DNA of 64,000 nucleotides from an uncultured Verrucomicrobiota bacterium (GTDB lineage Bacteria; Verrucomicrobiota; Verrucomicrobiia; Methylacidiphilales; CAMAQI01): NCBI GenBank assembly GCA_964555235.1, contig CAZKRU010000005.1, positions 2,457 to 66,456 of the forward strand, read 5' to 3'. Shown piece by piece: positions 42,811 to 54,100 of this stretch (position 1 is its first letter; each line of letters starts with the position of its first letter). The notes under the pieces were generated by a model. It saw only the letters and a program-made list of their open reading frames with translations, ran no database searches and was not told where the DNA came from. The position numbers and the translations under genes were made by a program.

Positions 42811-45783
42811 GTGCAACGAATCGCAACATTTTTTTGGGTGTTTTTGGTGTTGGGCTTGGGAGGAATTAGGGCGCAGACGGTTGCGACTCCGTCGTTATCG
42901 ATTCCTGCGGGTGAATACACCACTGAAAAGAGTGTGGAGGCTTCGAGCGCGACGCTGGGAGCAATGCTGCATTATACGCTGAATGGCACGGACCCGGCAG
43001 AAAGTGATCCGATTTTATCAGCGCCTTTTAGTGTTAAGCACACACTGCAATTGAAGGTGAAAGCATTTTTGGCAGGGATGACGCCAAGTGAGACGACGAC
43101 GGGGGATTATGTGATTACCGGATCGGTGGCGGCTGGCGGCAATCATGTCTTGGGACTCAAGAGTGATGGGACAGTCTGGGCGTGGGGATTAAACGCGACT
43201 GGCCAGTTGGGGGATGGAACGACGGTATTAAAGAGTAGCCCGGTGCAGGTCAAAACAAATGCGACGACGTTTTTGACGGGAGTGGTGGAAATCGGAGCGG
43301 GGCAAAATCACAGCGTGGCGCTTAAAAGTGATGGGACGGTTTGGTGCTGGGGAACCGGAGGAGGGTCGCAGCTTGGAAATAATGCGACGGCCAATTCAAG
43401 TTATCCGGTTCAGGTGAAACTGACCTCCACAACCTTTTTGACGGGAATCGTGGCGATTTCAGTGGGAGATAATCATACGCTTGCTCTCAAAAGCGACGGA
43501 ACGGTTTGGGCGTGGGGAACCAATAGCAGTTCGCAGCTCGGGGATGGAACCACGGCGGCCAAAAAAATGGCGGTTCAAGTCCTTGATTCTGTCGGAGGGA
43601 TTTCAGGGGTTGCCGAAATTGCGGCCGGGGGCTCGCATTCGCTTTTTGTCAAAACCAATGGAGAGGTTTGGTCGGTTGGATTAAACAGCAGCAGTCAATT
43701 GGGCGATAATACGACCACGTTGCGCAATAAAGCGGTTCAGGTTTTACAAGCCGTTGGAGTCCCTTTGACGGGAGTAGCATACGCGGCGGCGGGAGCGAAT
43801 CACAGTCTGGCGATCAAGACGGATGGGACGGTCGTGGCATGGGGAAGCAATGCGCAGGGCCAGTTGGGGATTAATAGTACGACGACTTCCAAAATGGCGG
43901 TGGCGGTGAGCGGTCTCACGGACGTGATCGATCTGGTCGGGGGCGGAGCCCATAGCATGGCGATGAAGAGCGACGGAAGTATTTGGAGCTTTGGTTTTAA
44001 TTATACGGGAGCTCTGGGAGATGGAACTTCGACACGTCGGCTGACACCGGTCCGCGCCGGGGGAGCGACTTTGGGATTGCGCATGGCGGCGAAGAACAAC
44101 CTGACGGTGGTGGAAAAGACCGACGGAGCGCTGGTGAGTTTTGGGGAAAACGTTTCTGGCGTTTTTGGGAATGGAACCCTTGGTTATGCGATGACGGTGG
44201 CGCAGGTGCCGAGTCTGGCGGGAATCACGCAAGTGGCGGCGGGAGGCAATCAGACGATGACCTTGAAAAGCGATGGAACGGTCTGGACGTTTGGAGACAA
44301 TGAAAATTCAAATTTAGGGGATGGAACGAGCACGGCGAGTGGAATTCCCGTGAGGGCCACACCGAGTAGCGGAGTGCTGGATCAGGTGACGCAGATTGCG
44401 GCGGGGCTGAATCATCAGGTGGCACTGAAAGGGAACGGGGACGTCTTTGCCTGGGGATTGAATTCGAATGGACAGGTGGGGGATAATAGCACGACGTTGA
44501 GAGCACGTCCGGTGCAGGTCAAAACGAACGCGACGACTTTTTTGACCGGAGTGACGGCGATCAGTGCGGGGGATACGCACACGGTTGCACTCAAGAACGA
44601 CAACACGGTCTGGTCGTGGGGATTGAATTCTAGCGGCCAATTGGGGGATGGAACGGCTACGAAGCGATTGATCGCGACCCAAATGCTCGCTTCGGCGGGA
44701 GTTCCCTTTTCCGGGGCCACGGCGATTGCAGCAGGAGGGACGCATACCTTAATTCTGAAAAGTGATGGAACGGTTTGGGCGGTGGGAGGGAATGCCAACG
44801 GACGCTTGGGGAATAACACGACGACGAATTCGAGTTACCCGGTTCAAGTGAAGATCGATGCGGTGAACTTCCTGACGGGAGTTGCCAGTATTGCGGCGGG
44901 GCAGAGCCACAGTTTTGCGTTGAAGACGGATGGAACACTCTGGGGTTGGGGCCTGAACAGTTCGAAGCAATTGGGGGATGGAACGACAACGCAGCGACTC
45001 ATTGCGACGGTGGTTCCGGGAGCCCATGTTTGGACAAAGGTGAAAGCGGGAGCGAATCACACCATTGCAGTCCGAAACGATCAAACGGTTTGGTCCTTTG
45101 GAGGAAATACGAGTGGGCAGCTGGCCAACAACACACTGACGAATCAAGGGAGCCCGGTTCAGATGCGGACCGCAAGCGCGATGATGGGATCGGTTTTAGA
45201 AGGAGCGGGAGGAACGGCCCATAGCATTTTGCTTAAAACGGATGGAACGGTCTGGACGGCGGGAAGTAATTCGAGAGGTCAGTTGGGATTAGGAACCCGA
45301 GGCTTTGATCCGGTGGGAGTGACGATCACGACGCCACGATTAGTCGATGGAGATGATGCCGATGGCGACGGAATTCCGACGTATCAGGAACGGATGGATG
45401 GAACGAATGCGGATTTGGCAGATACGGATTGGGATGGATTGACGGATTTTTATGAGAATAACACCTCCCATACCAGTGCGATTCTGGCAGATACCGATGG
45501 TGATGGGGTGAAGGATGGCGACGAAATCGTGCGTGGGACAGATCCTCTAAATGGAACAAGTATCAATGGAGCGGTTTTTGTGGATGCGATCAGTGGTAAT
45601 GATGCAAATTCAGGCTTTGTTCTTGCAGCTCCAAAGCGATCAATTCGCGGTGGCCTCTTGGCGGCAATTTCCGGAGATATAGTGCAAGTTGAACCTGGAA
45701 CTTATTCGGAGAATCTAATTTCAACCGATATTCGATCTTTAAAACTGAAACCAAACGGCACGGTAAGAATTACAGTGCCATAG
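42811..45783 (+). CDS. Secreted RCC1-repeat (double beta-propeller) protein with chitobiase-C-like N-domain and TSP3-type Ca-binding repeats
   Basis: GTG start and signal peptide. 'PSLSIPAGEYTTEKSV...LHYTLNGTDP'. By my count, 14 '[16 protein letters not shown]' blades. C-terminal 'DADGDGIPTYQE', 'DTDWDGLTD', 'DTDGDGVKDGDE'. It ends with a short beta-helix-start-like 'FVDAISGNDANSG...GDIVQVEPGTYSE'. Confidence 0.85.
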   Translation: MQRIATFFWVFLVLGLGGIRAQTVATPSLSIPAGEYTTEKSVEASSATLGAMLHYTLNGTDPAESDPILSAPFSVKHTLQLKVKAFLAGMTPSETTTGDYVITGSVAAGGNHVLGLKSDGTVWAWGLNATGQLGDGTTVLKSSPVQVKTNATTFLTGVVEIGAGQNHSVALKSDGTVWCWGTGGGSQLGNNATANSSYPVQVKLTSTTFLTGIVAISVGDNHTLALKSDGTVWAWGTNSSSQLGDGTTAAKKMAVQVLDSVGGISGVAEIAAGGSHSLFVKTNGEVWSVGLNSSSQLGDNTTTLRNKAVQVLQAVGVPLTGVAYAAAGANHSLAIKTDGTVVAWGSNAQGQLGINSTTTSKMAVAVSGLTDVIDLVGGGAHSMAMKSDGSIWSFGFNYTGALGDGTSTRRLTPVRAGGATLGLRMAAKNNLTVVEKTDGALVSFGENVSGVFGNGTLGYAMTVAQVPSLAGITQVAAGGNQTMTLKSDGTVWTFGDNENSNLGDGTSTASGIPVRATPSSGVLDQVTQIAAGLNHQVALKGNGDVFAWGLNSNGQVGDNSTTLRARPVQVKTNATTFLTGVTAISAGDTHTVALKNDNTVWSWGLNSSGQLGDGTATKRLIATQMLASAGVPFSGATAIAAGGTHTLILKSDGTVWAVGGNANGRLGNNTTTNSSYPVQVKIDAVNFLTGVASIAAGQSHSFALKTDGTLWGWGLNSSKQLGDGTTTQRLIATVVPGAHVWTKVKAGANHTIAVRNDQTVWSFGGNTSGQLANNTLTNQGSPVQMRTASAMMGSVLEGAGGTAHSILLKTDGTVWTAGSNSRGQLGLGTRGFDPVGVTITTPRLVDGDDADGDGIPTYQERMDGTNADLADTDWDGLTDFYENNTSHTSAILADTDGDGVKDGDEIVRGTDPLNGTSINGAVFVDAISGNDANSGFVLAAPKRSIRGGLLAAISGDIVQVEPGTYSENLISTDIRSLKLKPNGTVRITVP

Positions 45784-45802
45784 GGAATAATAGCGAGGAC
45801 CT

Positions 45803-47023
45803 ATGAAAAAATGGATTATTCTGATGTTGGCGATGAGCCTGCCGACTCTTCATGCGGGAGATTTGGAAATCGATGGAAATCTCAAAGTGCTTCACGATTT
45901 AAATGTGACGGAAAAAGTGAAGCTTTTCGACAACACATTAAATATCGGACACTTCTCAAATATTCCGGAAGCCCCCGGCATTCAATTCATTTACCAAGAA
46001 AATGGAGCGAATAGCACAACTTCAATTCGTCAAGGACGCGGGGCAGCTCAATGGTTGTGGCAGCGCGACGGTTATGGTACAGCGACGGATCAGATGAAGT
46101 TGGATTATTTTAATGTCCTAACCATTGGTGGTGGAAGTTCACAAATTATATTAGATCCAGGGCAGGGGCAGATTCAAGTGAACGGTCGACTAGTTCTATT
46201 TTCAGACCAAATGCCGCTCGGATCAAACTCCAACAACACTGCATTGGCTCTTGGGCTGGGAACTGTCTCCTCAGCAGGGGGTTCTATGGCGATCGGTTAC
46301 GTAGCGAAAGCGACTGGGTATGGATCGCTGGCTTTTGGGCTTTATTCTGAATCTCTAGCAGAAAATACGGTAGCTTTGGGATCATTTTCAAAAGCGAATG
46401 GGCTGCAATCATTTGCTTTGGGAACGTCAGCTTATGCGAGTGGATTAAATTCGTATAGTATCGGTCAAAGTTCAACCGCTTTAGGATCGGGATCAATGAC
46501 CATTGGAAACGGTAGTAGTGCACAGGGTGACGCCTCGCTAGCGGTGGGAGGAAGTCAACATGCAACAGGGGTTCAATCACTAGCGATTGGAATGTATAGC
46601 ACTGTTTCTGGAGATGCGAGTTGTTCTTTCGGATTTGATAATACGATCACACTTTCAAATTCCTTTGTGTTGGGACGACAGACTGCAATCAGCACGGCGT
46701 CTTCCTACTCAATTGGTGCCGGGAATTCGATTTCAGCGATTAGTGGGTATTGTTTTGGGGAAGGAATGGCGGTTCAGACTGCAGGAGAGACGGTGGTGGG
46801 TCGCTATAACCTTGCTGTTGCTAACGGGGTTACTTCCGATCCCGAAGGGTTGGTCTTTACCGTAGGAAACGGAGCTAACAACTCGCAACGTTCGAATGCT
46901 TTGGAAATCAAAAAAAACGGAAACACCAAGATTTATGGAACGCTTACTTCTACGGGTGGAATTCGGATCCAACCCCAAGGCGACATTCCTATGGGCGAAT
47001 TTACTTCTGGATCTCAGCCTTAA
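45803..47023 (+). CDS. Secreted YadA-head-like (Hep_Hag-type) repeat protein without membrane anchor
   Basis: Signal peptide 'MKKWIILMLAMSLPTLHA'. Long run of 'SxAxGxxSxAxG' repeats ('SMAIGYVAKATGYGSLAFGLYSESLAENTVALGSFSKANGLQSFALGTSAYASG...'). C-terminal 'SNALEIKKNGNTKIYG' and no beta-barrel anchor. Confidence 0.6.
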   Translation: MKKWIILMLAMSLPTLHAGDLEIDGNLKVLHDLNVTEKVKLFDNTLNIGHFSNIPEAPGIQFIYQENGANSTTSIRQGRGAAQWLWQRDGYGTATDQMKLDYFNVLTIGGGSSQIILDPGQGQIQVNGRLVLFSDQMPLGSNSNNTALALGLGTVSSAGGSMAIGYVAKATGYGSLAFGLYSESLAENTVALGSFSKANGLQSFALGTSAYASGLNSYSIGQSSTALGSGSMTIGNGSSAQGDASLAVGGSQHATGVQSLAIGMYSTVSGDASCSFGFDNTITLSNSFVLGRQTAISTASSYSIGAGNSISAISGYCFGEGMAVQTAGETVVGRYNLAVANGVTSDPEGLVFTVGNGANNSQRSNALEIKKNGNTKIYGTLTSTGGIRIQPQGDIPMGEFTSGSQP

Positions 47024-47043
47024 GATCTTGATTGGCTTATCTG

Positions 47044-50000
47044 ATGAGAAATCCAAACAATCGAGTGGCACTGCAGGCATTTGCCCGGATTGGGTGGATG
47101 GTATTGCTTGGGTTATTCATGGGGATTTCGTTTGTCATGGCTGCTCCGCCTTCGTGGTGGGCAGATCGTGGGGTTTTGGACGTCAACAAAACGGCTGACG
47201 ACTTTGCCGCTGTTAACCAGGGGCAGCTCAAGTATGTTGCAAAACAAGCAGCACTCGAAATGGATGCCAAGCTTCCGGGGGGTGCCGGCCAACCGATTCA
47301 TGATCTGATCGCCAGTTGGAATGCACCTAATTCCCAACGAGATGACTACATTGTTGTAAATTTAGGACAGATCAAAGCAGTCGCCAAACTTTTCTACGAT
47401 CGCCTTATTCAAGTCGGAGCTGTCACGGCATATCCTTGGGCCAATGCCACCACTCCTGCGAACGACTATGCCATCGCCAACATCGGTCAGGTCAAAGTCT
47501 TATTTGCGTTTACGATTGCTGCACCTGACACTGATGCTGATGGGCTTCCTGATGCTTGGGAAAGTGATAATTTTGGAGATTTGAGTCAAGGTCCCAATGA
47601 CGACTTTGATGGGGATGGACTCACTAATGCACAGGAATATGCCAGTAATAGCAATCCGACCGACTACTACAACGGACTGACTCCGACGGTGATTATCACC
47701 GGGGGGAATAATCAAACGTCACAGATTGGAACTTTTGTTTCAAGTCCCCTTCAAGTTTTGGTTCAGGTGGGGGGAATTGCGAAAGTCAATGCTCCGGTAA
47801 CATTTAACGTGGTTTCAGGTGGGGGAGTGGTTGCTCCGAATACGCTTGGGTTTGAAACCTACACACAGATGACCGTTCGAACGAATGCGTCCGGATTGGC
47901 GCAAGTGGAATTTCGTCAACCAGGAGTGGCGGGAACGAGTCAAGTGCATGTATCAACGGGTGGAGTGAGTACGGATTTGAGTGAGGTTGCGGTGGCAACG
48001 GTAGCTGATCCGACGCTTTCGATTGCGGGGGGAGCCTACACGACGCAAAGGAGTGTGACAGTCAGTTCGAGCACGGCTGGATCGACGATCTACTACACGA
48101 CAGATGGAACCAATCCGACGACTGGGAGCGCAAGCGTTGCGACGGGTGGAACGATTCTAGTGGATCGCACGATAACGCTCAAAGTGATGGCCGGAAAATC
48201 GGGATTGAATTCGAGTAATATCGTCAGTGTGAATTATAAGATTTCCGGGATGGTGAGTGCAGGGACTTATCATTCGATATCTCTTAAAAGTGATGGAACC
48301 GTTTGGAGTTGGGGATCGAATGGGTATGGTCAGTTGGGGGATGGGTCAACAACGGATAGAATGGCTCCGGTTCAAGTTCTTGGAATGAATGGAGTTGTTT
48401 CGGTTGTTGCAGGAGGTTCTCATACGGTAGCCTTAAAGGGTGATGGAACCGTTTGGGCTTGGGGGAAGAACGCTCATGGAGAACTAGGTCATGGAGCGTT
48501 GTTGCCAAGCGTGACGCCTATTCAAGTAACAGGATTAACAGATATTGTAGCTGTGGCATCGAAGGGTTCTTTTTCTGTTGCACTCAAAAGAGATGGAACG
48601 GTCTGGGCATGGGGAGAAAATAATTTTGGACAAATAGGAGATGGCACAACAACTCAACGCAATATTCCGGTTCAGGTATCAGGTTTGAGCAATATAATTT
48701 CACTAGATGCAGGACCTGGCCACACTGTAGCGTTAAGAAATGATGGATCTGTTTGGGTATGGGGTGCAAATCAATTTGGACAGCTGGGAGTTGGAACAAC
48801 ACAAACACAGTTGATACCAGTTCAAGTTACTGCATTAAGTAATGTGTTTTCTGTTGCAGCAGGATCTCAGCACTCCGTTGTTATAAAGCAGGATGGAACT
48901 GTATGGGCATGGGGATATAATTTGGATGGTGAATTGGGTGATGGTACGAAAATCCACCGAAATCTTCCTGTTCAAGTATTGGGTTTCAGTTCGGCGGTTT
49001 CAGTAAGTGCTGGAGGTTATTTTACGCTCGGGATTAAAAGCGACGGGTCTGTTTGGGGATGGGGGCGTACTGAGGAAGGAGAAATGATTGATCCCCTGAC
49101 TGCACCTCAATTAATTCCACTTCAAATACCTTCTTTGAGTGGCGTTGCCATGGTTAATGCGGGTACCTTCCATGCTCTGGCAGTTACAACTGATGGTAAC
49201 GTTTTGGGATGGGGAGCGAATCAGAATTTTCAGCGAGGAAATGGAACTCAAACGCTTTGGAAAAAACCAGTTCAAGTATCAAATATGAGTGATGTGAATG
49301 GAGCTTCCGTTGGATGGTATCACGTGAGTCTTATCAAAAATGACAAATCACTTTTTTCGTGGGGAAATAATTCAGTTGGCCAGTTGGGTGATGGAACAAC
49401 CACGTCTCGAAAAATGCCGATTCAACTTTCGAATGTGAGTGGGGCAACTTTGGTGGAAGATGGGTCGTTGCATTCAATGGTATTGAAAAGCGATGGGACA
49501 GTCTGGGCATGGGGCCATAACGAATATGGTCAATTGGGGGATGGAACGATGCTCAATAAAATCACTCCCGTTGCAGTGCTTAATCTCAGTAATATTATTG
49601 CGATTTCAACAAAAGAATACAAGACGATGGCTTTGAAGAGTGATGGAACGGTTTGGGCATGGGGATATAGCCAAGAAGAGTTAGATAATGGAACAGCAAC
49701 GGATCAAAGTGTGCCAGGCGAAGTTGGGGGTTTAAGTGATGTTAGCTCAATTGCAGCTGGTCACAATCATAGCATGGTACTCAAAAAAAATGGAACTGTG
49801 TGGACTTGGGGAAATAACGCGTTTGGGAAATTAGGTAATGGAACAAATATTGATCAAACAGACCCAGTGCAAGTGACTGGATTAAGTAATGTGGTTGCCA
49901 TTGCAGCAGGTCAAAACCATAGCCTGGCACTCAAGAGTGATGGAACGGTTTGGGCTTGGGGTTATAATCATAAGGGACAATTAGGAGATGGAACGTTGGG

Positions 50001-51144
50001 AAATCGCATGATACCCACGCAAGTCGTAGGATTGAGTAATGTGGTTTCGATTGTCGCGGGACTTTCTAATTCTTTTGCCATTAAGAGCGATGGAACGCTT
50101 TGGTCATGGGGAGAAAATGAAGTAGGGTTACTGGGAGATGGAACAAGTACGAACCGACTAACTCCGGTGCAAGTATTGGGGCTGAGTGACGTGATGTCGT
50201 TGGCTGTAAGTCAATATGTGGCAATTGCGGTTAAGCGAAACGGAACAGCTTTTTCTTGGGGAGACAACAGCTATAGTCAACTAGGGGTAAAAATAATTTC
50301 CCCATCTCGATGTGCTATTAGGCTTGTGCCTGAGTCAACCGATACCAATCAAAACGGCATTGCAGATTCATGGGAGAATCAAAATTTCAATAATTTGACA
50401 ACTTCCGCAGCGGCTGATGCCGATGGCGATGGATTAACGAATATTCAGGAGTATGAACTCGGAACCGACCCGCTTGTTGCCAACACCGATGGGGATTTAT
50501 TTAATGACATCGCCGATGTGAATCCCTTAGTAGCGGATCCTTACACGTTACCAACAGCAACAATCACCGGAGGTAACAATCAAACCGGAGCTGTTGGATC
50601 CTTCCTTGCACAACCACTCGAGGTGACCGTGACTCAGAGCGGCCAGCCGGTCTCGAATATGCCGGTGATTGTTAAACTGGATTCCGGTGGGGGAATGCTT
50701 GCGAAATCTCCAACGGATCTTGTTCTAGTCACCCCCGCGCTTCTAGTTCGCACCGATGCCCAAGGAAAGGCTAAAGTTAATTATCAGCAGGGGGCCGTAG
50801 CAAACGTCACAAGCGCGATCTCTTTTCGGGTGGGGACTCAGACGTTGGATTTTACCTGTCAAACGACGAATCTTGATACCGACAGTGATGGTCTCCCTGA
50901 CGATTGGGAAATGACTCAGTTTGGAAACTTAAATCAAACCGCTTCTGGCGACTTTGATGGGGATGGATTGTCGAATTTGCAGGAGTACCAAGGGGGAACA
51001 AACCCGCAAAATTTTGATAATCCCAATGGGGACCTTGATGGGGATGGAGTCATCAATGCCGAAGATTCACGTCCGAACGACCCAACCAAAGGTCGGATGG
51101 GAATTACCATTCTAAGCCCTGCTAACGGATCAACGGTGCAATAA
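47044..51144 (+). CDS. Giant secreted RCC1-repeat protein with TSP3-like, Ig-like and chitobiase-C-like modules
   Basis: Signal-anchor-like start. Three 'D(Y/F)a..N.GQ(L/I/V)K' motifs. '[12 protein letters not shown]', '[13 protein letters not shown]'. By my count, 14 RCC1 blades ('[19 protein letters not shown]' and similar). A second set of TSP3-like repeats lies near the C-terminus. The track opens at a TTG at 47032. Confidence 0.85.
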   Translation: MRNPNNRVALQAFARIGWMVLLGLFMGISFVMAAPPSWWADRGVLDVNKTADDFAAVNQGQLKYVAKQAALEMDAKLPGGAGQPIHDLIASWNAPNSQRDDYIVVNLGQIKAVAKLFYDRLIQVGAVTAYPWANATTPANDYAIANIGQVKVLFAFTIAAPDTDADGLPDAWESDNFGDLSQGPNDDFDGDGLTNAQEYASNSNPTDYYNGLTPTVIITGGNNQTSQIGTFVSSPLQVLVQVGGIAKVNAPVTFNVVSGGGVVAPNTLGFETYTQMTVRTNASGLAQVEFRQPGVAGTSQVHVSTGGVSTDLSEVAVATVADPTLSIAGGAYTTQRSVTVSSSTAGSTIYYTTDGTNPTTGSASVATGGTILVDRTITLKVMAGKSGLNSSNIVSVNYKISGMVSAGTYHSISLKSDGTVWSWGSNGYGQLGDGSTTDRMAPVQVLGMNGVVSVVAGGSHTVALKGDGTVWAWGKNAHGELGHGALLPSVTPIQVTGLTDIVAVASKGSFSVALKRDGTVWAWGENNFGQIGDGTTTQRNIPVQVSGLSNIISLDAGPGHTVALRNDGSVWVWGANQFGQLGVGTTQTQLIPVQVTALSNVFSVAAGSQHSVVIKQDGTVWAWGYNLDGELGDGTKIHRNLPVQVLGFSSAVSVSAGGYFTLGIKSDGSVWGWGRTEEGEMIDPLTAPQLIPLQIPSLSGVAMVNAGTFHALAVTTDGNVLGWGANQNFQRGNGTQTLWKKPVQVSNMSDVNGASVGWYHVSLIKNDKSLFSWGNNSVGQLGDGTTTSRKMPIQLSNVSGATLVEDGSLHSMVLKSDGTVWAWGHNEYGQLGDGTMLNKITPVAVLNLSNIIAISTKEYKTMALKSDGTVWAWGYSQEELDNGTATDQSVPGEVGGLSDVSSIAAGHNHSMVLKKNGTVWTWGNNAFGKLGNGTNIDQTDPVQVTGLSNVVAIAAGQNHSLALKSDGTVWAWGYNHKGQLGDGTLGNRMIPTQVVGLSNVVSIVAGLSNSFAIKSDGTLWSWGENEVGLLGDGTSTNRLTPVQVLGLSDVMSLAVSQYVAIAVKRNGTAFSWGDNSYSQLGVKIISPSRCAIRLVPESTDTNQNGIADSWENQNFNNLTTSAAADADGDGLTNIQEYELGTDPLVANTDGDLFNDIADVNPLVADPYTLPTATITGGNNQTGAVGSFLAQPLEVTVTQSGQPVSNMPVIVKLDSGGGMLAKSPTDLVLVTPALLVRTDAQGKAKVNYQQGAVANVTSAISFRVGTQTLDFTCQTTNLDTDSDGLPDDWEMTQFGNLNQTASGDFDGDGLSNLQEYQGGTNPQNFDNPNGDLDGDGVINAEDSRPNDPTKGRMGITILSPANGSTVQ

Positions 51145-51145
51145 G

Positions 51146-54100
51146 ATGAAAGTATTTTCTAATATGATGAGGGTTGTTGTTGGGGTAATGGCCGGGATCC
51201 TTTTTGTCAGTACTGGAGGAGCTCAGACAAACCCCCTTGCGGAAAGTAAGCGATTTGTTCGTGGAACGGGAACGAATCCTTCCTACCAATCTTTTATTAT
51301 TCCATTAAATTTTGAAAAGGGGATTCAATTGGATCCGATGGGAAATAACGCGGCAAAGTTTGGAAATAAACCAGCGAATCAATTGCCTTGGTTTACACGG
51401 ATCGGAAAGGATACAAACCCCGATCCCAATGTGAATCCATTACGTACGACGTATCATATATCAGTGAACAATGGGGTTGCAACCTATCCGCTTCAATGTG
51501 AGAACCCACTGGTGGCTTTTGGCAGCCAAGGAGGAGGAACTCCGCTGCATGTGGGACAAACCTATAAATTTGGAAGTTATTTTGGAGGACAGGTCCTTAA
51601 TATTAACGACTTCGTGATTTTGGGATACAAGAAGGATCGCTTTGATGGAGGTTCAATGAATATAGAGCCTGATTTTGTTGCTTCGATAATGGTTCCAAGA
51701 AAAGGAACTCCACTATGGGATGCATTTTCGGCGAATGGGTATAAGTTGGAGCGTGGCATAAGTATTTCTTATGAGGAAGGTGGCACGACCTATATTACTA
51801 ACGTATTGGATACGACGATCGAATTGATACCGGCAGTAAGTTCGAACGATCAATGGGGAGTAAGGCCAGAATCACCACTCGTGATTACACACAAAGCGAA
51901 TTCAGATAAATACGTTTACGTGATTCTGTATGCAGGGGCGACTGCTGTAGGGAATAACCTGGATAGTTGGATGGCAATTTCGAATCCGAACGATAGTTCG
52001 GCGGGTTGGTATTCAATGGGTTATACCTTGGATTTTGAGACTCAACCGGCTTGGCGTTCCACCATGATTCATTCTCCGCAATTCAATGGAGAACCGATGC
52101 CGCCTCTCTATGATGGGAAATCAATTGAAGAATTGCTTCAGGTGAAAACTCCAGTGAGTTTTACCCCCTCTTTATCGCCGTCAGCGGCTCAAACTTTGGA
52201 TCAGAGCCCGGAGTTGCGACGTCACCCGATTTTGGATCGGTTTGTGGCAGATATGGGGAACGATCCGATCGCTTTGGCGAACTATGTGCACAACGAAATC
52301 TCAGTGACGGATCCGATCAGCTACAATGAACATGGAGATGTCAGCGATAAATCGATCAATCTGGGTGGCGTGAGTCGAAGTGCTTTGGCAACCCTTCAAG
52401 AGGGGCAGGGATCTCCGATGGAACAGTGTGCCCTTCTCGTTTATCTGTTGCGTCAGGCGGGCTATGCGGCGGTCTACATGGAGCCGGAGACCAACAAGCT
52501 TCAGATGTTGGATCAGGCGATGAGTCGAATTTTAAGAATGCAGGTTCGAGGCGCAGTAAATCCATTGGGCCAAACTTACGCTCCGACAGATCCGAATCTG
52601 CCACACTTGATTCCGGTGAACTATCCTTGGGTAGCCTTCTACCTTCCGACTGAAAGTCGATGGGTGCACCTTTTTCCTTGGATTAAGGATACGGAAATTA
52701 TTGAAGGTAAAAATCTCTATGACTATTTCCCCGCAGCTTACAATTCGGGATTAAAGTGGACCAAACAGTACCTCTATGGTGATACGGCGTTGATTCCAGC
52801 AGGAACCACGGATAACACCCTCACGAATCTCTTTCCGAAGTTTATTGAGAAGACCCTGAAGGATAATTTCCCGACTCTTTCCATTGACGATTTAGGAGTA
52901 AAAGTTCGAGATCGCCGTCACTACCGACTGACGTGGGGAGATTTTCCAACGCCGTTCAAACTAGAGGGAACTCCAACAACGTTGGAGAGTCTGAGTGTCA
53001 GGCCTAACATTTTTGATACCGTAAACATTGAGATTTTCAGTGATGCCAATCCGTCGAAAAAAGTGACGACCGGCGACTTGCGGATGGTCGACTTGCATAA
53101 TCGAAAGCTTTTGGTTCGTCATGAAAAAACAGGATCAAATCTACATAACCTGATTTTATCGTTGGCCGCATATCGTTCGGACGCTTCAGGGCAGGGGAGT
53201 TTTAACGGAAGTGACCCTAATTTGCTTAAAAAACAAGTGGCTACGGTGGGATTTGACTCGAGTGATGATTCCCTCACCGTGCGCTTTAAGCAGAAACGTC
53301 ATCTAACCCTTCCGAGTAATTTCACCCAGCCAGATTATTGGACTCCTTATTTGGGCGTGAGCTCATTGTTGGAATTTTCAACCGACCGACCGCTTCGCAA
53401 AGGAGACTTGGCAGCGCTCTGTATCGACTACGGCAGAGTCACATCGAAGATGCTTGCGGTTCATGCAGAAGAATTCTGGCAAATGGAACGGACGCTGAAT
53501 GATAATCCGACTGCAACGATTGATCCTGATATTTCCCAGGGAACTTCGGCCTACTTGATGGGAATGAGTTATTACGAAAAGGTCACGCGGTTTACGGAGC
53601 TGGCTCAAAATCTACACAAAACACGAATTCTTTCGTACAGTGCTTTCGGACTCTCTAAAATCGCTCCAAGACGCGTCAGTGGTCTTTTGCCGAACAACGG
53701 GGATATAGAATTGAGTCAGGCGAATGTTGATATGTTTTTTAACGCGGCGGCCTTTGCTTCGAATGCGACGCTTCATCCGGATTCTGGAGAGGCGCTTTAC
53801 CTCGGGATTGGAGACTTTTTGCCGGTAGTAATTACAGAAACCTCCGCGCAAGAGCATCAAATCATCAATACGTATTATAAAGAGTCGGCAGCGATTTCAA
53901 CGGTGAAGCTTTTACAGATAGCGAAGCAGGCAGGAACTCCGGGAATTATTGCTCTCAACAAGTCTAATTATGTAACTGAAGGGAATAAGACTTATACGGT
54001 TGATGGCCAAACGAAGGCGTTGAAAGATTGGGATCCTGGAATGTGGACATCGGTTGAAGGGGCTTTTACTCAACCTATGGGAGACTACAATCTTGTCTAT

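Noticed and set aside
43744-45147. Series of 90-160-aa minus-strand ORFs inside the first RCC1 gene, with similar ones in the second.
   Set aside because: They are antisense shadows of a highly repetitive G/W/D-rich coding sequence. They have no independent signals and lie completely inside a 990-aa ORF with regular blade repeats.
42811-51144. The periodic nucleotide repeats (GATGGAACGGTTTGGGC.TGGGG...) could be mistaken for a CRISPR-like or satellite array.
   Set aside because: The periodicity is about 150-165 nt. It lies within long intact ORFs and corresponds to RCC1 blades. The repeats are imperfect at the DNA level, and there are no short unique spacers or cas genes.
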